From assembly GCA_025594325.1 (NCBI GenBank), contig JANHCV010000003.1, positions 1,240,001 to 1,304,000 on the forward strand: a stretch of 64,000 nucleotides of DNA, read 5' to 3'. The first letter of the stretch is position 1. Every line of letters starts with the position of its first letter. Made by a program: the position numbers and the translations under genes. Under the pieces are notes generated by a model, which was not told the DNA's origin, searched no databases, and worked only from the letters and a program-made list of their open reading frames with translations. Positions 55,481-64,000 of this stretch are shown in pieces. The DNA comes from Blastocladiella emersonii ATCC 22665 (lineage: Eukaryota; Fungi; Blastocladiomycota).

Positions 55481-58400
55481 ATGTCGAGCCGTGCCATGTA
55501 CAGCCGCTTCGCCGAGGCGCAGGGCCGCATCCTGTCGTTCCTCGACGCCTCGAGCGAAACGTTTGCCGACGATGCTGTCGCCATCCGCGGTGCCCTGACC
55601 ACCAGCGTGCAGTACCTCGCCGGGACCGCCGCGCCGGCCGTGCCAACGGGCACCGCGCCCGAGGCCGACGAGGACGTGTCCAACCACTGCGCCGCGCGCG
55701 AGCAGGCCGTCGAGGTCTTCCACACTCTCTTCGAGGTGTACGAGCGCGTCGCCGGGGCCGGCCAGCCGTCGCCCGCGCTCGACGAGCTCCGCACCCTGAC
55801 CCTCGAGATCTTCCAGGGCGGCGTCGTCGAGCAGGCGCTCGCCGGCATCAAGAACGCCGCTGCGCACCACGCTACCATCGCCAAGGCCCTGCAGGACGAC
55901 AACGCCAAGCCCACGCCGGCAACCGACGACGAGAAGCGCAACCTCGCCGCCCTCACCCGCCGCCGCAAGCAGCTCCTCGTCGCCCTCACCAAGGAGCGCG
56001 TCGCCCTCGCCTCGCTCGTCCACGCCGCCCTGCGCTTCCGCGTGCCCAAGCTCGACGTCATCCAGGGCCTCGTCCAGACCCTCGCCCAGCTGCAGACCGG
56101 CGACTCGGTCACCGTCCCGCTCACCCTCGTCGCCCTCGCCGCGATCCGCGTCAGCGACCTGCCGTCGCTCCCCGCCGTCGCCACCGCGCGCCTCGCCCCC
56201 GCGACCCAGGCTGCGGCGTCGTCTAGCCGCGGCGAGCTCGCGGCCGCGAGTCTCGAGCAGCTCCGCGCGACCGTCGCGAACGCCACCTTCCAGCAGTCGG
56301 GCCTCAAGTACGCCCTGCTGCTCGCCGTCGCCGTCGCCGAGGCCGCGTACCGCCCGCACAACAGCAACGACGAGGCCGCGCGCAAGCGCGAGTCGGACGC
56401 GCTCAAGTCGGACGCGGTCCCATGGCTTGTCACCCAGCTCGCCGCCAACCTGCCGCACGACAACGACCCGCTCTCGCTCGGTTTCCAGACCCTCTACCAG
56501 TCGATCCGCAAGGAGGATTTCGCCGTGACCCGCTTCGTCCTCGACGAGCGCCTCCAGGACGCCACGCGCCGCGAGCTCGTCCTGCTCGTCGCCCACGCCA
56601 TCACCCGCTGCACCAAGACCCTCGCCGTGGTCCGCGACGAGGACCAGCGCGAGCTGTACGACGCCGAGAACCGCCGCGCCCCCGCCCCCGCCGGATCGCC
56701 CGTCCTCGGTGCCACCGACGCCCAGCAGCGCGCGGCGGCGTCGCCCCGCCCCGCCGCCAACGCGGCCGCGCCCCGCATCCGGTGCAACTTCGAGATTTTC
56801 TCGATCCTCGTCTCGCTCGTCTTCGAGGGCCACCCCGAGGACAGCCAGCAGTTCTGGTCCGGCGGCCTCACCATGGCCCGGTTCCTCTCGCTCGCCACCG
56901 AGACGTCCGACCACCGCCTCCTGTCGAGCGCCTACCACATGATCGCCTCCGTCGTCAACGACCAGGCCACGGCGGCGCGCGCCTTCGAGGTGATCCTCAA
57001 CCGCCAGCTCGGCACCTGGACGTGGGAGGTGCAGCTCTCGGGCCTGCACCACTACCTGTCCGAGTTCCAGCGGCTCAGCGCGCAGGGCCAGCACGCCGAC
57101 CTCGCGGCCAGCACCGTCGACCTCCTCGTCGCGCTGCTGCGCGTCCTGCGCCAGGTGTGCCGGTTCGACGCGCGCGCCCGTCGCGAGATCATCATGCCCT
57201 CGTCCATGGGCAACTTCGACGCGCTCAACCTCCTGTTCAACCTCCTCACGTGCGTCGTCCCGCTCCGTCTCAAGGCCGCGCTCATGCACGCGATCGGCGC
57301 CATCGTCGCGCCCAAGTCGGGCGTGCCGCTCGAGGAGGAGCAGCACATCGTGCAGCGCGTGTGGAGCTACATGGAGAGCATCGCCGTCGTCCCGCAGGTG
57401 TCGCGCGCCATGGGCACGCCGCGGCCCGGCATTTCCGAGGAGCTCGAGGTCCGCGAGGTCCCGCTCAAGCACTACCCGCTCACGTTCGCGTACCTGTACG
57501 CGCTCGAGAACCTGACGCCCGCCGCGTCGGCCGCCGTCGCCGCCGCGGGTACGCCCCGCGTCTCGGGCCAGTCGTTTGCCCTCGTCGACAACCTCGGCGC
57601 CCCGCACCGCGCACCCGGCGTCATGCCCTACTACGAGTACATGCTCAGCGACGTGTTCCTCAAGGCCATGGACCGCGAGTACGTCGACCAGGGCGAGAAG
57701 TGGGCCATCCTCCGCTCGTGCCTCAACGTCGTGTGCCGGTGCCTCGTCGATTTCGACGGCGCCATGGACGCCGCGCTCGCCCAGCGCCGCACCGCCGCGG
57801 CCGCCGCCGGCCAGGCCCAGTCCGCGCACGTTGCGATCCGCCTGCTCCTCAGCCACCCGGCCTTCACCATGCTCGGCGAGATCCTCGACGGCAAGCCCCT
57901 GCTCGACGCCATCCTCCGCGTCATCAGCACCGGCCGCGCCACGTACTCGGCCGACGCCGCCGTGGTCGAGGAGCTGAGCCTCGCGCTCGCCGTGCCCACC
58001 CCCGCTGCCGTCGCCGCTGCTGCCGCTGCTTCCGCGACCCCCATGTTCGGCCTCGGCTCGACTGTCGCCGCGCCCGCCGCTCCTGCTGCTGCTGTCGCCG
58101 AGCCCACCAAGAAGGTCAAGTTCCCCGAGGCGACGCGCAGCGCCGAGTTCGGCGCGGCGCAGCTGCTCGCGCTCAAGATCATCCAGCAGGTGCTGCAGAT
58201 GCAGTCCAAGTTCCTGCACGAGCTCCAGCCGCGCATGACGCAGCTTGGCATGATCGGCGTGTTCGGGTCGTCGAAGCGCGAGCTCGACCGCCTCCTCGCC
58301 ACGCGCCAGCAGGCCCTCGTCGACCTCGTGTCGCTCATCCAGACGTCGGGCGACGACGTGTACGATCTCGGCCTCCACTCGGTCAAGATCCTGACGGCGC

Positions 58401-61400
58401 TCTCGGTCGCGCCCACGTTCGCGCAGGCCGGCCGCGGCTCGCCGCTCGTCTCGGTGCTCTCGGCGTCGAACCAGTCGGCGTTCATCAAAGACGCGTACCG
58501 CGAGCGCTTCAACGCCGCGGGCGCCGAGCCCGAGCCCGTCAAGCTCCTGCCGCACGACCAGTCGGTGGTCCAGTCGCTCCGCCTCGCCACGCTGCAGCTG
58601 CTCACGCACAACCTGCGCGGCGGCCAGCTCCCGTCGCTCGCGCACTTCCTCCTCGGCCTGACCAAGGACAGCCAGCTCTACATCACCGACCGCGTGACGT
58701 CGGACGGCACTCTGCTGAGCGCCATCGTTGAGGCGGCCCAGGCCGCGACCGCCGCCCACGGCGCGCTGCCCAAGGTCATCGCCGAGCCGATCCAGGAGGT
58801 CATCTACCGCCTCATCTCGAACCCGGCCACGTTCCCCGTCTCGGCCATGCTCAAGTCGCGGAACTTCTTCAAGAAGCAGACCGAGTACTGGTTCCGCCCC
58901 GACCGCCTCGTCACGGCCCGCGCGGCCAACCTCTCGTCGGCCTTCATGATCCCCGCCGCTGACTCGGCTGACATGGCGCGCCCGGACTTCCGCGCGTCCA
59001 CCATGTCCGCGACACCGTCCAAGGCCTTCTTCACCGGCCCGCGGTCCGCCGTGACCCCCGCGACGCCCGCCGGCATGCGCGCCGGTGCCCGCGGCGGCGC
59101 CGCTGCGTTCCTCCTCGGCCCCGAGGCGTCGTACGAGCTCGCCCGCGCCACCCAGGACACGACGGCCACGCTCGGCATCTGGACGTGGCTCCTCCGCACG
59201 CTCGCGGTGCAGGTCAAGGCGCACCACAACCAGACCCGGTTCGCGCAGGAGCTCATTGCGAGCCTGTTCGCCAAGGAGACGGACCGCATGACCAAGGTCC
59301 TCCAGGCGACCATGGGCGTGTCGGTCCCCGGCGGCGAGCTCCCCGTTTCCGAGGCCGCTGTCAAGCTGTACGAGCACGTCAACAACGCGGTGCCCGACGG
59401 CTGGCCCACCTTTGTGAGCGCCGACGGGTGCATCGAGTACGACATTGCGCAGTGCGAGCGGCTCGCCAAGCAGGCGGCCGGCGCCGCGGCCGATCGCGTC
59501 ACCGTCGAGGGCCTGCTGCAGCACCTCACGCACGAGAACCGCAAGCGCCGCATCTACTCGGCGCAGTACCAGACGGTCAAGGCGTGGGTCGACCTCGTCG
59601 GCGTGTGCCTGCTCACCAACGTCGAGGCGTTCGGCACGCCCGAGGAGCTCAGCGAGACGCTCGTGTCGCTCATCTCGGTCGTCACGGAGCAGCTGCGCGC
59701 GAGCCCGACCGAGTCGCGCGAGCATTTTGCCAAGCTCGTCCTCCTGCTCCTCCGCATCCTCGACCACACCACCGTGTCGTCCAAGAACGCGGACGCGACG
59801 CTTCGCCAGATTCTGAACTCGATCCTCGAGGTGTGCAAGTCGACCGAGTCCAACCTCGTCGTCCGCGGCAACATGTACGCGGCGCTGCTCGTGTATCTCG
59901 GGTTCACGGTCACCGAGCCCGGCCAGGTCGATCTCTCCTCGTCGGTCCTGCACCGGTCGCTGTTCTCCAAGTCGGCCGCGGCCACCGTCTCGCGCTTCGA
60001 CCGCAGCATCTTCGGCATGTCTACGGCCGCGCCTCGTGACGGCGCTGACGGGTTCCTCCGCTCCTCGGGCAGCGACTCGATCCTCACCGCGGTCCAGAGC
60101 AACGGCGGCGAGCGGCTGCTCGACATCCTCACGGGCGACGCCCTCAACAAGGGCCTGTGGCAGACCGTGTCGCTCGCGCTCCTCGACGTGCTGTGCCAGT
60201 GGTCCCTGCAGGGCGCCACGGGCACGTGGGTCCTCGAGTACCTCGACAAGCGTGGGTTCGTGCAGCGCCTCGTCAGCATGCTCCGCACGCTCGACAACGA
60301 GCTCGCGCGGCTGTGCTCGTCCGAAGACCCCGCGGCCACGGCCGACCTTGCGTCGCTGTTCATCTACGAGTCGCTCATGGCGCTGTTCCTCCGCCTGTCG
60401 ATGCACCGCGCCACGCGCGCCAAGCTCATCGAATCGGCGCTCGTCTCGGTCCTCGCCGAGAGCTCGTGCTTCACGTACCTCGTCGGCAACCCCGCCGCCG
60501 CGTCGGCCACAGCCGCGGGCGCCGCCAAGTCCGGGTCCGACTTCATGGATGTGGACGCGTCGGCGGCGTCCAAGCAGGCCGACCCGTACCTGTACTTTTC
60601 GGGCACGCTCGCCGAGGACCGCGTGTCCGAGACGCTGCGCCGGTACAACCAGGTGCTGCAGCCGGCGCTCAACCTGCTGGTCACGCTGACCAGCCTGCAC
60701 CTCGCGCAGACGGCGAGCAGCACGGTCCCCGACTCGTCGTTCCTGGTCAAGTCCGTGACGCAGTTTGTCGGGCTTCACGCCGCGTCCCTCCAGCGCGTCG
60801 TGCGCGCGTGCGCCGCGCTCGTCAACGACCACGTCCCGCTCGACGACAACGACCTTGAGATGGCTGTCCTCTGCCAGGCCGAGCAGATCGCGAGCCTCGC
60901 CCGGTTCCTCGCCCGCCAGCGCGTCCCCGTGCCCGCCGAGCTCGCCGAGAGCCTCCTCGTCCTCTTCGTCCGCGCCACGCGCGCCGAGCTCAACTCGGCG
61001 ACCGCCGGCGTCAAGCGGTCCGCCGCCGCCGAGGTGCACCTCCTCCGCACCTCGTCGCACATCATCGGGTACTGCTTCGCCCTCGCCGGCGACAAGCGCG
61101 CCGAGACCGAGCCCGTCCCGCAGCTCCTCGCCAACGGCGCCGGCGGCCAGAACGCGCCGAACGGCGGCGAGCAGGGCCGTTTCGACTCGCGCGCCGCCCT
61201 CAACGCGGCGATCGCCGCATCCGCGCCGCTGTCCCGCGCGGGCGTCCGGTTCATGTTCGACCCCGACCTCGCGGCGGCCAAGGACCGGTACTACTCGACG
61301 TCGAACCGGCTGACGCTCGGCCTCCTGGTGCTGTACATCCAGCAGGTGATTGCGCGGCTGCGCGTGGCGCGCGTCGAGGCCGATGAGGTCGCCACCAAGC

Positions 61401-62023
61401 TCCAGCAGCAGCGCGGCGCCGGCGCCGGCGTGTCGCAGGCCGACTGGAACAAGTACATTCTGGAGCGCGCCGTGCTCACGTCGGACGTTGCGTCGCACGT
61501 CGCGTACGAGGTGATCCCCGCCGACAAGCGCGCCGAGCTGTTTGTCCGCAAGCTTGCGCAGCGCGCGCGCGACCTCGCGCTCGAGTCGGTCTCGCACATC
61601 CGCGTCCTCGAAATGTCCCTCGCGCTCCTGTTCGTGCACATCCAGCACTACACGACGGGCACCGACAGCCGGCTCGGCAAGCCCGCGGCGGCCGGTGGCG
61701 CGACCCGCGGCGGGGTGATGGTCGGCGGGTTCGGCATCGAGGACCCCAACGACGTGTTCGCGTCCCGCGCGTCGCAGCGGTTCATCATCACGCTCAACAA
61801 CATCAAGATCGACGCCGCGTCCGTGTTCCCCGAGCTCAAGAAGGCGCTGTCGGCTGTCGCATGGGTACGTCGCTTCACTTTTCGATCGTTTGCGGGACCT
61901 GGTACTGACCTTTGCGTGCGCGCCCATTCGTAGACGGACGAGCAGCGGCCGAACCTGGCCTTCCTCAGCCAGCTGTGCGACAAGTCGCTCGCCCTGATCA
62001 GCGAGTACAACGCCTCGTCGTAA
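55481..62023 (+). CDS. NUP192: Nucleoporin Nup205/Nup192; last intron 61865-61933
   Basis: About 2,150-aa helical solenoid with LKAALMHAIGA...VWSYME...GISEELEVRE...YPLTFAY and NLGAPHRAPGVMPY...VFLK...REY...EKW, matching Nup205 signatures. Confidence 0.9.
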
Positions 62024-62113
62024 GCTGTCCCACCCTCACCCTTTTGCTCTGCTTCTGTATCCTTGTTTTTGCCCACCATAATGCACGCTTGTTTCTATTC
62101 ATCACCATCACCA

Positions 62114-64000
62114 TCACCCCCGCGTCTCTGCCGCCGCGCTCTCAAAGAACCCGTTGAAGTCGAGCCGCACCAGCAGCGCATCGAGCCCAGCCCCCTCCTC
62201 CTTGGCGGCCGCATACACGCCCGCGGCGCCGCCGCTCTTGGCCTCGAGGGACCGCAGGATCCGCGCCGTCGATCCGGCGTACTGGCGGAACGTCGTCGCG
62301 AGCTCGTCGATCTGCGCGTGCACGTCCGCGAGCCGGGCGGCCATCCCCTCGAGTCCCGGCACGAGATCTTCCGCGACGCGCACCGCGGCGTGCCCCTGCC
62401 GCGCGAGGGCGCCCGGGAGGAGCGAGGTCAGGTACTTTGCGCGCAGGTGCGCGTACTGCTGCGCGACGTGCTGGACGGTGAGTGCGGTGCGCAGCTGCGC
62501 GTTGAAGGCGGCCTGCAGGTTCGCCTGGCGCCGGCGCAGGAAGCACCGGAACAGGATCCCGTCGAGGGCGCGGTCGTGCAGGTCGTGCAGGGCGCGGACC
62601 GAGGCGAGCGGCGCCGCGGCGAGGCGGTCGGCGAGGGTCTCGTCGGTGTCGGCGGTCGCGACGCCCGCGACGCCGTTGGCCGCATCCCGCAATACGGCCT
62701 GCATGGCGCGCCACGACTCGCCGACGGCCGCATCGGCGGCGTACCCCCAGTAGGCCGCGGCCGTGTGCTGGGCCTCGATGCGGAACGCGCCGAGGCGCGC
62801 GTCGATGGCGGCGATGTGCGCGTGGATCGCGGTGAGTGTCGCGGCGACGGTGGACGGGAGCGGCGTGATGGCGGGCGGCGGGCGGTGCTGCTGGCGCAAG
62901 TCGCGCGTGAAGCGGAACAGCGACTTGGCCGTGGCCTCGAGGTACAGCACGCGCAGGAGGAACTGGAACACGCGGTTGTACTTGGCCAGGACCGTGGGTG
63001 TCACCAGCATCCCGTGCTGCGGCGACCGCGCGGGCATGTCGAGCGAGATCAGGTCGAAGAACTTGGGGTCTACACACGGGACGGAGGTCAGTATTAGGTC
63101 CGCGTCGTCAGCGCAAGACTCAGCGCGTACCGTGCACGTCGCTCGACACGGCGTCGTAGTTGACCGCAAACGAGAGCGCGGGCACGTCGTCGAGGACGCG
63201 CGCGAGGAGGATCCCGAGGTCCTGCCCGCGCTTCGCCGGGTCGAACAGCGCGTCGACGACGTTGGCGCGGAATCCGGCGTCGTCGAGGAGAAAGTACCCG
63301 CGCAGGAGGGCAAACTGCTCGCCGAGCGCCGGGTCCGCGAGGTAGTGCGCGAGCAGCGCGTACTCGGTCAGCTTCAGGTTGGCGGCAAGCGTGCGCCGGA
63401 AGACCTGGTGCGCGAGGGCGAACGGCATCGTCGTGGGCGAGATGGTCGACAGGAGGTCTTCGTCTTCGTCGTCGGCGGCCGACTGTTTGGTCGTATCCGC
63501 TGCAGTCTCGCTGGTACTGGTGGTCGGCGGCGCGTCGGAGCGGAACGAGATCAGCCCAGACGGCTCGGCGCCGCCGTTCCACGCAAACTGGCTCGCGGCC
63601 GCGCTGAGTTCCGAGGCGCCCATGGGGTCGAGGCCGAGCGAGCTGGCCGAGATGTCGATGAACGTGTCGCTTGTGGCGGCGGGTTCGGGTGCAGGAGCGG
63701 GAGCGGGAGCGGATGCGTCTGCATCGACGTCCATGGGCGCAACGGAGGACCGGCCGTCGTCGCTGGCCGCCGCCACGGTGTCCACGTCCATGACCTCGGA
63801 CTCCGTTTCCGCCGCAGGTTCGAGGACACCGACTGGCGACGGACGGACGCTCGGCGAGGGCGGCATCGGCACAGCTGGCGAAGCAATCGACATGGCCGAC
63901 ATCGCCGCCTCGACCGCGTCCTCCGCCTCCTCCGCAGCACCGTCGACGGACATGACCGACGGCGACGACGGCGCGTCCTCGACCCCCGCCACCACGCCCT
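62114..64000 (-). CDS. Gamma-tubulin complex component (GCP6-like), 3' part; gene continues beyond the window; intron near 63070-63128
   Basis: GRIP2-type segment LRGYFLLDDAGFRANVVDALF...VTPTVLAKYNRVFQFLLRV...LHDLHDRALDGILFRCFL, preceded by an acidic disordered insert typical of GCP5/6. Confidence 0.82.

Noticed and set aside
55373-61927. 2184-aa minus-strand ORF, and similar long antisense ORFs over XPB (3153-4982), the kinase (14269-16143) and the VWD gene
   Set aside because: These are antisense shadows of strongly GC3-biased real genes, with typical V/D/L/G/R-rich composition and no domains.

Overview
This is GC-rich eukaryotic DNA with short GT-AG introns and CTRAC-type branch sites. 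Gene content (a HAL-family kinase, Nup192/205, Rei1) points to a fungus; an early-diverging lineage such as Blastocladiomycota is my inference only. Both ends of the window hold ordinary single-copy genes. Left: REI1 5' end, a secreted His1 LPMO-like protein, XPB/SSL2, an AidB-like acyl-CoA dehydrogenase, a VWD/mucin-like surface protein, a HAL-family kinase, mitochondrial RPS12, a GST and a His-rich secreted protein. Right: a UBE2T-like E2, Nup205/192 and a gamma-tubulin complex component. The middle 31.8 kb (20737-52526) is one giant inverted repeat. Its two 14,838-bp arms (20737-35574 and 37689-52526, position x mirrors 73263-x) enclose a 2,114-bp unique spacer carrying a decayed Ty3/Gypsy pol. 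Each arm has a PB1-domain gene, a Gln/Ala-rich repeat-protein gene, pseudogene debris (a BRF1/TFIIB-like relic, two tandem relic paralogs) and a 3,488-bp element bounded by CACAGTGAAAAAGC terminal inverted repeats with dense GGTTAG/CTAACC subterminal arrays (CMC/EnSpm-like, no transposase seen). Arm identity rests on mirrored ORF translations, the constant coordinate sum and spot checks, not a full alignment. All protein calls are motif recognition without database searches.
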